Shown here: in pieces, positions 1 through 12,392 of the stretch
Layout: each line of letters begins with the position of its first letter
Position numbering within the stretch: position 1 is the first letter of the stretch
NCBI GenBank assembly: GCA_036785375.1
Contig: JAWMAR010001141.1
Span: 124,001 to 188,000 of the forward strand
DNA from: Leucoraja ocellata
Lineage: Eukaryota
DNA: 64,000 nucleotides
Direction: 5' to 3'
Made by a program: the position numbers and the translations under genes
The notes under the pieces: model-generated
What the model was told of the DNA's origin: nothing
Databases searched by the model: none
What the model saw: only the letters and a program-made list of their open reading frames with translations

Positions 1-577
1 AATCTAACTCTCTCTTGAATACATCCAGTGAATTGGCCTCCACTGCCCTCTGTGGCAGAGAATTCTACAGATTCACAACTCTGGGTGAAAAGGTTTCTAC
101 CCCATCTTAACTTAGTTGTGTGTGTTAGTTGTCTGTGCGTTATGTGTGTGTGTGTGGGAGGGAGGGAGAGGGATGCCGGGGTCTGGGCAGACGGGTGTGA
201 GTTGAGGCCGATGTTTGTATACAATGCCCCAACCCCCGGCCCAGCCCTCCGTGTATTGTTCACCGCCTCTCCCCGGGGAGAGAGAGGGGTGGAGCCCGAG
301 CTGTGTGCGTAAAGCACGGCAACTGGAGGGGCAGGAGCGCTGCCGTGAGCGAACGACCCACCTCCCCCTCTCCCCCTTCTCCATTCCCCCTCACACCCCC
401 CTCCACGTCTACCCCTTTCTTCCCCCTCCACCCCTCTACTCTATCTCCACCTGTGGTAGATCTACTTACATACACAGAAGAAACTAAAAATTGTTTCTCA
501 ATCAGTTCCCGTCAGTGCAGTTAATAAAATTCGGCATTCAGACCGAACAGTGGCTTTGCTTTGACAGGTGCCTAGCT

Positions 578-1005
578 GTCAAAGTATGGGCGAGGTTAGA
601 TGTGTTGGTGTATGATGTATGTGGAGGGGACACAGTCCGTTAACCAGTCTTATTGCCTGTGGGAAGAAGCTGTGTAGCATCCTGCTGGTTTTGCAGCTGA
701 TGCTCCTGTACCTCTTCCCAGGTGGCAGAATGGAGAAGATGTGGTGTGATGGATGATAGGGGTCCTTAATAATGGAGATGGCTCTGCTGATGTTACGCTT
801 CTGATAGATCTCCAACAGGAAAGGGAGTGGAGCACCAATGATCCTTCTGGCTGTCTTCACTATCCTGTTAAGTTGTTTTTGTTCATAAGCCTTGCAGCTC
901 CCAAACCAGGAAGTGATGCCGTGGGTCAGTATACTCTCGATGGTGCCCCTGTAGAAGGACCTTAGGTGAACAGTAGGGAGACCTGCTTTTCTTAGTCTCC
1001 GGAGA
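578..1005 (-). mobile_element. Rex1/Babar-type LINE 3' fragment
   Basis: LRRLRKAGL..FYRGTIESILT..ITSWFG..HPSHHIFSILPPGKRYRS..SFFPQAIRL, typical RT C-terminus of this clade. Confidence 0.8.
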
Positions 1006-2559
1006 GGGTGGGACCCTCTGGATACATGGATAGGACAGGTTTGAAGGGACTTGGACCAAACGTGGACAGGTGGGACTAGTGTTGCTGGGACATGTTGGGC
1101 GGTGTGGGCAAGATGGGCCGAAGGGCCTGTTTCCGCACTGTAACACTCTATGACTCTAACACATGTGAAACTCTGCAGATTCAGGAGCTGAGGTGGAGAC
1201 ACATCATCACATCAGTCCAGGTCAGCTCACAAGCCACAAGACAAATGCCTTGAAGGAGAACTCAGAGGCTGGGGAAAGCAAAGTGTGTAGAACAGCTCGA
1301 GCAGCAGAGTCTGTTGTAAGGCAGCTGGTTTTTCTCAGAAGGGAGAGATTACCACAACTTCTCCAAATGCTAAATTGGACAGTCACTCTGGTGCTTCCTC
1401 ATTTGAGATGCTCGCCTGTTCCCATTGGCTGGCTTTCACAGGTTTTTTCTTTGAATGTGCTAAGGTTTATGTTCAACATTTCCCATTGCAGTGCGTGGAG
1501 GGAGTGCCGTGTGTCTTTGATAGACACTAAATGCTGGAGTAACGCAGCGGATCAGGGGGCATCTCTGGAGAGAAGGAATGGCTGACGTTTCGGGTCAAGA
1601 CACTTCTTCAGACCAACAGTCAGAGAGGGAGGAAGTCAAGAGATATGCAAGGGGTAAAGCATTTAGCTGATCTGCTGTCAAGTCACTGAGAAAGTTCACC
1701 TGGAGATAGTTAGCACCAGAATAGTGGAGCAAACTCTCGGTTCTGGGGGCAAGAGTTACCCCTATACCCATAATCAACAAGGCCAGCTGTGGGGTCATTT
1801 TCTACAGGGAGTTAGCTGTGTACAATTTGGCTGCACACAGCATCACAACAGTCATTAGTGCAGGGAAGAACAAGTCTGCAAGCATTTTATCTTTAGCAGC
1901 TCGTAGCCCAGTAGTCTGCTCTGTGGCTCAAAATAATTCAAGATGCTGGCAAATAATTCTGAAGAACAGATCATGTTCATTAGTACTAGGAGAAGAATTA
2001 GGCCATTTGGCCCATCAAGTCTACTCTCCTCCAATCAATCATGGCTGATCTATCTTTCCCATTCAACTAAATCCTCCTACCTTTTCCCCAGGTCTCCTGA
2101 CACCAGTACTGATCAAGAATCTATCCATCTCAGCCTTAGAAATACCTATTGATGGCCTCCACAGTCTGTGGCAATGAATTTCACAGTTTCTGTCTCACAA
2201 AATTCCTCCTCATCTCCTTCCTAAAGCAACGCCCTTTAATTCTGAGGCTGCGACCTCTGGTCCTAGAGTCTCCCACTAGTGTAAACATCTTCACCCCATC
2301 CACTCTATCCAGGCCTTTCACTATTCAGTAAGTTTCAATGAGGTCCACAAGGCAAGGCAAGCTGTAGATAGTTATCTCCCGACTTGGCTGCACACAACAC
2401 GACAACAACCGCTGATGGAAGTCTCTACAGGAACTAACGAGTGTTGAGCAATTCATCATCAGCTCCCCACACAGTACAGAGAGGTCTGTGGTTACAAATA
2501 ATTCAAGGCGCTAGTAAATAATTCTAAAGAACAGAGCATTTTGTAAAACACCGATTTAC

Positions 2560-2656
2560 CTGGTGTGAGACCAACAGCGACAAGAACCAACAGAGCGACT
2601 GTTCCCCTGGATCTGGGCCATCTCTGGTGGGTGAATTCTCCCTGTCCCACCGCCAT
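2560..2656 (-). CDS. Probable signal-peptide exon of a third gene continuing left of the window (MAVGQGEFTHQRWPRSRGTVALLVLVAVGLTP)
   Basis: GACATGG Kozak context, hydrophobic core, CAG|GTAAAT phase-1 donor, non-repeat sequence, same strand as genes A and B. Confidence 0.6.
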
Positions 2657-4003
2657 GTCTCGACTACGTTGGATCGGTTTGGTCCCTGCACTGCGTTTGA
2701 GTTGTCCTCTTCCTTCTTCACAACTGAAGTCAAACAGTCAATTTCCGTTTAACAGGACATGACTTTGCAGTGGTTCAAGACTTAACTTGGTAACTCACTT
2801 ACCACCTCCCCCAGCCTCCTCACCACGGACAATGCCCCTATCAGGAGTGAGCTGCAACACTCTCCAGTTGCCTGGATTGGAGCATCTCCTCGAAGCTCTG
2901 CTTCATCCTGGTGACGTTTGCCCACTTGACTGGCGCTCTGTCCACCACCGCAAACATTCCCTTGCCCACCCCCTCAAGCCCCACCCCAAATGCGGGCACA
3001 CTGTGTCTGAACTTGTATGGGATTAGGAGGCAGAGATCAGCCATGTTTGAATGGCAGAGTATACTGGATGGGCCGAATGGCCAAATTCTACTCCTGGAAT
3101 GTGTGAACTTGTGATCTGTTTACCCACCTATTTGTCCAGCCTTCCTCAGCTTCTCATCTGTTGAAACAATACCCAGAAGAAAAAAGACACCAACGGAATG
3201 GAGATGAGGAAACACTTTTTCACCCAGACAGTTGTGAGTCTGTGGAATTCTCTGCCTAAGAGAGCGGTGGAGGCCGGTTCTCTGGATGCTTTCAAGAGAG
3301 AGCTAGATAGGCCTCTTAAAGATAGCAGAGTCAGGGGATATGGGGAGAAGGCAGGAACGGGGTACTGATTGTGGATGATCAGCCATGATCACATTGAATG
3401 GTGATGCTGTCTCGAAGGGCCAAATGGTCTATTGCTGCACCTATTGTCTATTGTCTATTGCCAAACGCGATCAGATAAGTCCACTCACGTCACCAGATAA
3501 ACTCCTTGAAAGACAATTCACATACTTGAGCATCGGAGACCGGGTAAAGCTGAGTTTGAGGATGTGATTCATAAAATCATAGAGTGATACAGCAGGGAAA
3601 CAGCTTGCCCAATGCCGATCAAGATGTCCCATGTACGCTGGTCCCTCTTTAGTTTAGTTTAGTTTAGAGATACAGTGGGGAAACAAACCCTCCGGCCCAC
3701 TGTGTCTGCACCGTCCAGTGATCCCCGCACAGCAACACAAATGTTTACATTTACACCAACCCAATTAACCTACAAACCTGTACGTCTTTGGAGTGTGGGA
3801 GGAAACTGAAGTTCTCAGGGAAAACCTATGCAGGTCACTGGGAGAAAGTACAGACTATGTACAGACAAGCACCTATGGCCAGGATCGAACCTGGTTATCT
3901 GGCGCTGTTATACCATGTAAGGCAGCAACTTTATGGCTGCACCACCATAAAAACCAGGCCTGCATTTGACCCCTGTCCCTACAAACCTTTCTTATCAAAA
4001 CCT

Positions 4004-4650
4004 TCATAGCGAAAGGATTTGAGTATAGGAGCAGGGAGGTTCTACTGCAGTTCTACAGGGTACTGGCGAGACCACACCTGGAGTATTGTGTACAGTTTTG
4101 GTCTTCAAATCTGAGGAAAGACATTCTTGTCATAGAGGGAGTACAGAGAAGGTTCAACAGACTGATTCCTGGGATGTCAGGACTTTCATATGAAGAAAGC
4201 CTGGATAGACTCAGCTTGTACTCGCTAGAATTCAGAAGATTGAGGGGGGATCTTATAGAAACTTACAAAATTCTTAAGGGGTTGGACAGGCTAGATGCAG
4301 GAAGATTGTTCCCGATGTTGGGGAAGTCCAGGACAAGGGGTCACAGCTTAAGGATAAGGGGGAAATCCTTTAAAACCGAGATGAGAAGAACTTTTTTCAC
4401 ACAGAGAGTGGTGAATCTCTGGAACTCTCTGCCACAGAGGGTAGTTGAGGCCAGTTCATTGGCTATATTTAAGAAGGAGTTAGATGTGGCCCTTGTGGGT
4501 AAGGGGATCAGGGGGTATGGAGAGAAGGCAGGTACGGGATACTGAGTTGGATGATCAGCCATGATCATATTGAATGGCGGTGCAGGCTCGAAGGGCCTAC
4601 TCCTGCACCTAATTTCTATGTTTCTATGCTCCTGCACCTATTTTCTATGT
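4004..4650 (+). mobile_element. CR1-type LINE 3' fragment
   Basis: LYSLEFRRLRGDLIETYK..FFTQRVVNLWNSLP; (TTTCTATG)n tail. Confidence 0.9.
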
Positions 4651-5351
4651 TTCTATCCACGTACCATGTCCTTATGCTTTTCAATGTTGTTACTAGTACC
4701 TGTCTACACTACCTTCTCTGGACATGCTCCCTCCATGTACCCATCAGCCTCTGTGAGATTACATTGTAGAGGTCGGATTATCCTGTACCTGTATCCTGTG
4801 TATGGCTTGATTGTAATCGTATATAGTGTTTTCATTGACTGGATACATCATACATCAGAAAAGCTTTTCACTGCACCTCTGTACACATGACTATAATAGG
4901 CTAAACTAAAGAGGTTGCCACAGATTCCTTGAATGCAAACATGAAAAGTCATCGCGGTGCTTCCTCATTTCAGAAGCGGTCGGATTTCACATGGTTTTCA
5001 ATGTGAGACCTGTGGTCTAAGTTCAACATTTCCCACGCTGTTTCTAGCAGGAGTCCTGTGTGACTTTACCACGCTAACTGAGCCACATCAAGGCCCAGTG
5101 TTGGGTCCTGCAGTGCAAGCTCAGTGGGTGAAAATAGTAAGATTAAACGAGAACTTACCAGTTTGAAGTTTGATCTGTATTTTATGAGGAGTTACGATGA
5201 GGGATTTCGTGAAGAAGCCCCCTTCCACGCATGCGTGGCATACTTCAAAGCAGCGGTGTGAGGTCACAGGAACCTATAATGATCTAACATAGTAAGATTA
5301 CCAAAGAGATACCAGTTTTTGATATGATCATAAGAGGGTGGGAGCGGAGGG

Positions 5352-5464
5352 CACGAAATCCCTCATCGTAACTCCTCATAAAATACAGATCAAACTTCAA
5401 ACTGGTAAGTTCTCGTTTAATCTTACTATTTTACTTCGGAGTCACGTGAGTGACTTCGTGAAGA
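5352..5464. repeat. DIRS internal complementary region (ICR)
   Basis: 5352-5432 is the exact reverse complement of 5131-5211; 5429-5464 is the exact reverse complement of 10025-10060; the two join at TTTT (circle-junction sequence). Confidence 0.95.
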
Positions 5465-5699
5465 TTTCAAAGCTCTGTGACCTCATGCCGTGGAACGAGT
5501 CCATGCTTCACAAACTGCCTTGGGTATTGGGAGAGAGCATCATTAGTAATTTTAAAACACAATTATACAAAGAGTTGTGTGGTATAACGAAAAAATATAT
5601 AACATTTTTTAAAATTTGAGAATCATAGCCCTGTAACCTTTCGGGCAAATTATTTTGTTGAACATAAAATGTTTTCTTAATACAATGATGGCTCCAAAA

Positions 5700-6330
5700 A
5701 ATAACTGGTTTATTATAAAACCTGTGGAAAAACCCTTTTTGAATGACCATCCTGCCATTCTGAGGATTTGGTCTGTGGGTACCTGTACAATGTTTGCTGC
5801 GGATGTTGCTGCAGCCCTGGTGGAATGAGAGTTAAAACATTAGTGTCTATTTCTGCCATTTTTAGGACCTATTTGAGCCACCTTGATATAGTTTGAGTCG
5901 TGACCCTTTCATGCGGTTTCTTGTAAGAGATAAACAACTCCATTCTCTGACCTCGAATGTTCTTAGTATATTCTATGTATTGTTAGATGTGTCTTGCTAT
6001 ACACAGTCGTTTGCCATATGGGTGTACCATAAATTCAAACACTTGACCAGAGGAACCCGATCTGTTTTCTTTTATTAAATCCTGTATGACAACACCAGTT
6101 TCTCGGTGAGATGATCAGGGAGTCCAGGCTCAGTTTGCTTAATGGCTGGACTTGTTGTGCGGTAAATAACACCATGAGCATAACCATCTTCCTGGACTGT
6201 TACTGAAGTGACAACGCTGTTATGAGCTACAAGCTCCTCAGCATGTTGAGAAACGACACCCACGTCCCAGATTTCGGAGTACCTGGTTTTCTTACCAGGG
6301 GTGCGTTCCCACCGCGTGCCGCTCTGTTCC
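5700..6330 (-). pseudogene. Degenerate DIRS tyrosine recombinase ORF remnant
   Basis: H-x-x-R (HSTR), AGW and the catalytic-Tyr region FHRFYNKP read in shifting frames. Confidence 0.8.
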
Positions 6331-6859
6331 TTGTGATAGGTAATTGGAGAGTGCACTTGTGGCACTATTGATGGCACTGTAGCCCCATCGATTATCATAA
6401 TGGAGTCTTGTTAAAAATCCAATACGGCCAGAAATTCTTGGCCTGTTGGTCGAGGTTGTTGTCCAAGCAGTATATGCCCCATTCTTGATGTGTCCAAGGT
6501 ACTGCTTCCGTGTTGACAGTCTTAGTGCAGATGAGATGAGATTCATCGTCCTGTCTGACAGCCCACTGCCGTGTAGTGGGTCTTTTAGACTCTACCAATC
6601 AATAAATCCATAGTCTTATGGCATGGATGACTGCCTCCAGTCACTGGATAAATTAATAATTTTTGGCTATGTACATTAGGGAACATGGTTCTAACACCAT
6701 CCCCTGTATGACCGAATACCATGATTTAGTAGGCCAGTCGGGTACTCTGAGAATTCCAGATGCCGAGTGAAGTTCAATTTTCCCTAGTACCCCATTGATG
6801 GGGCCGAACGGGGGAAATACATCACCCTATGGCTTTGTTTACATAACAATGCCAAGCTG

Positions 6860-7300
6860 GTTTTAGAATTTTAGTAAATAATATTGGGGCTGATGATTGC
6901 CCCTTTTGTAAGCTCTATATTGCCAAAGTTCCTCTTTTGAGTCAATGCCTGCCATATAGAAAACCGCAGCTGACACCAAGTCTTTATCAATAATAAGAGT
7001 ATCCATCTTAAAATGAATATCTAGAACAAATGTGTTTAGGGTTAAAATCAAATGATAATCCTGCAACCCTACTCTATTTTATTTAATAAATATGTTTGAT
7101 ACAATTCTAATGTTCCATGAAAAGTATGCTCAATCACACCTTTCGTGTACAATTTTTTGTAGCACCATGTGGGTTTTAGATTGTTTGGTTTATGTAAGGA
7201 CAAAATGCCCTTCTGGTGTATGTTGTACTGTGGTTATTGGGATGAGTAAATCCTATCAGATAACCCTGAATACTGCTGAGATTATATGAATCTGTAGTGA
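6860..7300 (-). pseudogene. Degenerate, internally deleted DIRS reverse transcriptase remnant
   Basis: ORF 6863-7066 contains LNTFV..HFKMDT..MAGID..LWQYRA, resembling DIRS RT motifs with deletions. Confidence 0.7.
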
Positions 7301-8827
7301 TTATATACCATACATAACTGTAGTGTTGCAACCTCCCCTCCATCGTAGGTCCCTATTTTAACAGAATAAACCCCACCCACCTACCTCCATGGTTACTGGT
7401 GGTTGAGTTATTTCCTTGGTTTTTTGAAAAGGAGGTTCTGGTTTGATATCTCTTGTTCGGGGTTATGTGGGAGGTTGAGGCTTCCGCATCTTCCAGGGTG
7501 GCCGCCCTGGCCATACCCTAAAAAAGGATCCTGCGGGTTATATTGATTTCTGGCACTGCCACTGGTATGAGCCACATTTTTTATGGCCTTGCCTGTGGCT
7601 GGTATCATGCCCCAAAATAGGCCCTTGCGCTGGCCTTGATGAGCCCCAGTGTCTTGGCTTTGTCCACCCACGGTTCTTTGTTTGCAAATGGTAGCATTTT
7701 GGGGTCCTAGTGCTGGCTGAATGGCCGCCTTCCACGTGTAGTTCAGGTCATATTGCATATTACTAAACAGAGCTAGTGCGTCTTGATGGTCTTGGTTACC
7801 TACGTTTAGTCCAGGGTGCGGGTGTATGCTATGATGCCTTCCGTGAATCCCTTTAAGGTTCTCTGGATCTTGAGGTCCTGGTTCCTGATGTTCGTCCCCA
7901 TATGCTGCCAAATGCATTGGTTTACACTGGGCACCTGTAATGCCTCACCGTTGCCAGGTGGCAGATGTCTGGCCAGTGTCTGTAAATTTTTCTTGTTGGC
8001 GTTTGTGGCCAGACATATAGTAATACTATTGCCATCCTGGATCCAAGTCTACCCATGTTTGACTTGGCTAAAGTAATCAGCCACCATGTCCAGCAGAGTC
8101 CCTGCTGTGTTAGGATCATGGGATGCTGTATTACCAGGCTCTGGCCCATCAGGGTCCTGCCTACTCTTTTTTATAGAGTTAGAGATCTCTAGGGTCCCGC
8201 ACGGGGTACCCATGTGGGGCTTAACTGCTGCCCACTTGTCTTTTTGTTCTGCGGACCCCTCTTGCAAGTCAACCCAGAACTGACCCACAGTGCTCCCCTC
8301 TGATGGGGTAGAAGCATTGTGCAGCCCTCAAAGAGGTACTGCTGTGGTTTTATCACGTTGGAGCAAGACTCCATACACCGCTTCTTCCACTCCAGCCCTC
8401 TCAGCGCTGGTTGGCGGCAGTATTATGCAAAGTCGGACCCTCTGAGTCCACTACCTTGTTTGATATGTGTCTAGCCTTACCGCTCGGCCGCATGGATCTG
8501 GCCGGTGCGGGGCCGACATCGGGCACAGCTGATCCCACTACGGATGATCCAAGTGCCGCTGGCTGCTGCTGGCTGCCCGCTGTTCCATGGTCCTCCTTCT
8601 CCAGTTTTGTCCTTCCTTCCGTGGAGTGGATATGGCCGGTGTGGAGGATAACTGGCACAGCTGCTTCCATCTATTCCTTTAACCCGGCTCCAACGCTCTC
8701 AGCACTCCTGGCTGCTCCTTTATCTTAGACCCCTGGGACCGACCCCCATACTGACGGTACTGGTCCCTTGCAGTCGTTGCAGACGGTCAACCCCACTCTA
8801 ATGCCCTCAATTCTGGACACTCCTACT

Positions 8828-8885
8828 TATATGGTCCTTAGATAAGGGACATATAAGACATTCAAACTGATGATAACAGCTACTA
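8828..8885 (-). pseudogene. Second, more diverged partial U2 copy (about U2 nt 34-92) in tandem
   Basis: TAGTAGCTGTTATCATCAGTTTGAATGTCTTATATGTCCCTTATCTAAGGACCATATA aligns to the copy at 8894-8989. Confidence 0.75.
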
Positions 8886-8893
8886 TAGTTTTT

Positions 8894-8989
8894 ATTTAAT
8901 ATATGGTCCCTAGATAAGGGATGAATCAGATATTAAACTGATAAGAACAGATACTACACTTGATCTTAGCCAAAAGGCCCAGAAGTGAT
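8894..8989 (-). pseudogene. U2 snRNA-derived sequence, about nt 1-96, truncated before the Sm site
   Basis: ATCACTTCTGGGCCTTTTGGCTAAGATCAAGTGTAGTATCTGTTCTTATCAGTTTAATATCTGA...GGGACCATATATTAAAT matches the vertebrate U2 5' half; followed by AAAAA instead of GGATTTTTGG. Confidence 0.93.
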
Positions 8990-10383
8990 TATTGTAACTA
9001 AAAACCCCGCTGGGACCGACCCTGGTACTCACATACTGGTCCCTTGTAGTAGATTGCAGCCAGTCAACTGCAAAGTCCTTTGCTGCCGAGAAATGAATTT
9101 TCTCACCGTGCTGGAGCGAAGTTGGGCACCGGTGTTTTCCCTCTCCGGGAATCGATGTGCCCATGCTGCTCCTGCCGTTGCCAGCTCCTGCCGCTGCCAG
9201 CGCTCCTGCCGTTGCCAGCTCCTGCCGCTGCTGCCGCTGCCGCTGCCGACTGCCGTTACTGCTCTCCTGCCGGCTGCCTGCACTCCGCGGTTCTCCCGCC
9301 GGCATTCTGCAGCTAACATGGACCCAGTCCATGTCTGCACCTAAAGGTAAGTGGAAGGAAACGCAGAGTCTCCTACCTGCGGTTCCCGACTTTTCATACT
9401 CCCGCTGGTGAACGTTGTTCCCTGCGTGTCGGGTTGGAGCCGCTCGGACCGACCCCGGTGTTCACGGGCCTGGTCCATTCGCGGCAGTTCCTGTACCTAT
9501 GGATCCCCTGGACCAACCCCGGTGCTTACCTTTTGAAGAAGGTTTTCAGCCCGGACGTCCAGTTCCTACTCCATAGTGCCGCTGCACTCGCTGAGCGTTT
9601 CCAGCCCTGCTGTGTACCCCGGGTACTTACAGCGCTGGTCCCTGCTCTCTGTCCCGCAGCCTTCGCGCTGGCCGCTAGCGACTGTTCCAAGCCAGTCTCG
9701 CTAAAGACTGGCATACGGGACCTCTTTGCTTTGCTTCCCGCCCGGCCGAGAGGTGAATTTTGCCGGTGCGGGAGCAAAGTCGGGCACAGGTTGTTCCCCT
9801 CCAGGGAAACTCGTGCTGTTGCTGCTGCCGGCTGCTCGCCCTCCACGGGTCTCCCCGCCAGCTTTCCGCAGCCACCTAAAAGTAAGTAGTAAAAAGGGAA
9901 AACGCAGAGTCTCTTACCTGCTGTTCCCGACTTTCAAATTCTCCCGCTTGGGGAACGCCGTTCCCCCCTGTGTGACTCGTTGCAATGCGTGTAGCGATAT
10001 GACACGCATGCGTGGAAGCGGGCTTCTTCACGAAGTCACTCACGTGACTCCGAAGTAAAACTATTGAGTGAGTTAGAGAGATGTTGGTTCAGTTCCCCCT
10101 CCAGAACGCTGAGCACGGAAGGAGTGTTGTACCGGGGGAGCTCTGCTATGGAAACATAGAAAATAGGCGCTGGAGTAGGCCATTCGGCCCTTTGAACCAT
10201 TCAATATGATCGTGGCAGATCAACCTAAATCAGTACCCAGTTCCTGCTCTCTCCCCATATCCCTTGATTCTGTTTGTCTTATGCACTGTGTCTAAAGTAG
10301 CTGAAGGTGCTGTCACTCTGATGAGGCATTTAGCTGGCCTGCTGCTCTGCTGTCTGCTCTCACAAGCCTGCTCTCTCTCTTCA

Positions 10384-10710
10384 GGGCGGCACGGTGGTGC
10401 AGCGGTTTGCTGCTGCCTCACAGCGCCAGAGACCCGGGTTCGATCCCCACTACGGGTGCTGTCTGTGTGGAGTTTGAATGTTCTCCCTGTGACCTCGTGG
10501 GTTTCCTCCTTGTGCTCCGGCTTCCTCCCACATCCCCAATCCATGCAAGTTTGTAGGTTAAATACCTCTGAAAATTTTGTTGCAAATATGTAGGGAATGA
10601 ATGAGAAAGTGGGATAACAGAATTAGTGTGTACAGGTGATCAGTGGTCGGCGTGGACTCGGTGGATCAATGGTCCAGTTTCCATGCGGTATCTCTAAACC
10701 AAACTAATCA
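10384..10710 (+). mobile_element. HE1-type SINE
   Basis: Head, core and tail as in 14776-15090. Confidence 0.85.
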
Positions 10711-10717
10711 ACCAAAC

Positions 10718-11187
10718 AAGATTGATCCCTGGGATGGCGGGACTGTCATATGTGGAAAGATTGAAAAGACTCGGCTTGTATTCGCTGGAGTTTAGGGGAT
10801 CTTATAGAAACATGTAAAATTATAAAAGGACTGGAAAAGCTAGATGCAGGAAATTAGTTCCCAATGTTGGCTAGTCCAGAACCAGGGGCAACAGTTTTGG
10901 AATAAAGGGGAGGCCATTTAAGACTGAGATGAGAAAAAATGTTTTCACCCAGAGAGTTGTGAATTTGTGGAATTCCCTGCCACAGAGGGCAGTGGAGGCG
11001 AAATGACTGGATGGATTGAAGAGAGAGTTAGATAGAGCTCTCGGGGCTGCTGGAATCAAGGGATATGGAGACAAGGCAGGCACGGGTTATTGATTGGGGA
11101 CGATCAGCTATGATCACAATGAATGGCGGTGCTGGCTCGAAGTGCCGCATGGCCTCCTCCTGCACCTATTTTCTATGTTTCTATGTT
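10718..11187 (+). mobile_element. CR1-type LINE 3' fragment
   Basis: Same ORF2 C-terminus and 3' UTR as 4004-4650. Confidence 0.85.
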
Positions 11188-11489
11188 TATCTTTCTCATA
11201 CCCCACGTTATCCTTGCCTGTTCCTCCATCGAAACTAGCACCGATCTACAATAAATAGCTACATGAATCATATTACCAGACACAGCACCCCAAGTATTGT
11301 ATAAGCGTTGCATAATCACTTGCTTTTAGGAAAGAATTATGCCAAAGAGCAGAACTGGTTTTGTTTAAAAGGCTGTTTATTAACAAACATATTTTATTGG
11401 TTAACCTAAGCTGCTCTTGTCATTGGAGGCGAGAACAGTAAATTAGTGATCAATTGATATAATAACCAGATGGGTTTTTCAAAAGCATC

Positions 11490-11995
11490 GTGTTATAGGA
11501 AAGATGTTGTCTAGCTAGAAAGGGTACAGAGACGATTTACGAGGATGTTGCCAGGATTACATGGTCTGAGCTATAAGGAGGTTGAGTAGGCTGGGATTCT
11601 ATTCCTTAGAGCGCAGGAGGATGAGGGGTGATCTCATAGAAATGTATAAAATTACGAGAAGGATAGATCGGGTAGATGCACGTAGTCTCCTGCCCAGAGT
11701 AGGGGAATCGAGGACCAGAGGACATAGGTGTAACGTGAATGGGAAAAGATTCAATAGGAATCTGAGGGGTAACTTTTTCACACCAAGGATGATGGATATA
11801 TGGAACAAACTGCCAGAGGAGGTAGTTGAGGTAGGGACTATCCTGACGTTTCAGAAACAGTTAGATAGGGTACTTGGATAGGACAGGTTTCAAGGGATAT
11901 CGGCCTGGTGGGACTAGTGTAGCTGGCCTGGGACAAGTTGGCTGGTGTGGGCAAGTTGGGCTGAAGGGCCCGTTTCCACACTGTGTCACTCTATG
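11490..11995 (+). mobile_element. CR1-type LINE 3' fragment, second subfamily
   Basis: GFYSLERRRMRGDLIEMYK..WNKLPEEVVE. Confidence 0.85.
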
Positions 11996-12392
11996 TGCAT
12001 GGCAATTATTTTGGAAAAGAACTTCATGAAAGGATTTGAAGGCATTTCCTCTGTAAAACCAAGGCATTGGGTCTGTGTCTGAGGGTGAATCGAGAAGTTA
12101 ACCCTCACTCTAGTTTAGTACAGAGTTACCCCTTCTACTCAAGTAGTGTCGCAGTATTTATCTGTTACAACACTGACATTAGGGTGGCATAGTAGCACAG
12201 CGGTCGAGTTACTGCCTCACAACGCCAGAGACCCAGGTTCAATCCTGACTACGGTTGCCGTCTGTATGATCTTTCTGTGACCACATAGGTTTTCTCCAGG
12301 TGCTCTGGCTTCTTCCCACATTCCAAAGATGCGCAGGAAGGAACTGCAGATGCTGGTTTACCCCGAATATAGACGCAAAATGATAAGAGTAA

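Larger units (their letters stand above)
5131..10060 (-). mobile_element. DIRS1-type tyrosine-recombinase retrotransposon, coding-defective
   Basis: TTTT at both ends with no TSD; 32-bp ITR (5206-5237 vs 10003-10034, 1 mismatch); ICR; remnants of gag (DALALFSNMQYDLN), RT (LNTFVLDIHFKMDT...MAGID) and YR (SHSTRAAATS...AGWS...FHRFYNKP). Confidence 0.93.

Noticed and set aside
28-524. ORFs in the first 500 bp
   Set aside because: CR1 remnant plus GT/CT-rich low-complexity sequence; no V exon for the third gene was found in 1-2559.
8894-8989. Functional U2 snRNA gene
   Set aside because: It lacks the Sm site and 3' stem-loops, has substitutions in the first 10 nt, and no snRNA promoter or 3' box was recognised.
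8828-8989. Keno/Utopia target-site insertion into U2
   Set aside because: The main U2 copy is uninterrupted across nt ~37-38 and no Tx1/Utopia sequence adjoins it.
8910-9889. Overlapping 100-150 aa ORFs as host genes
   Set aside because: These are GC-rich, low-complexity frames inside the DIRS 5' region, at most decayed gag N-terminus.
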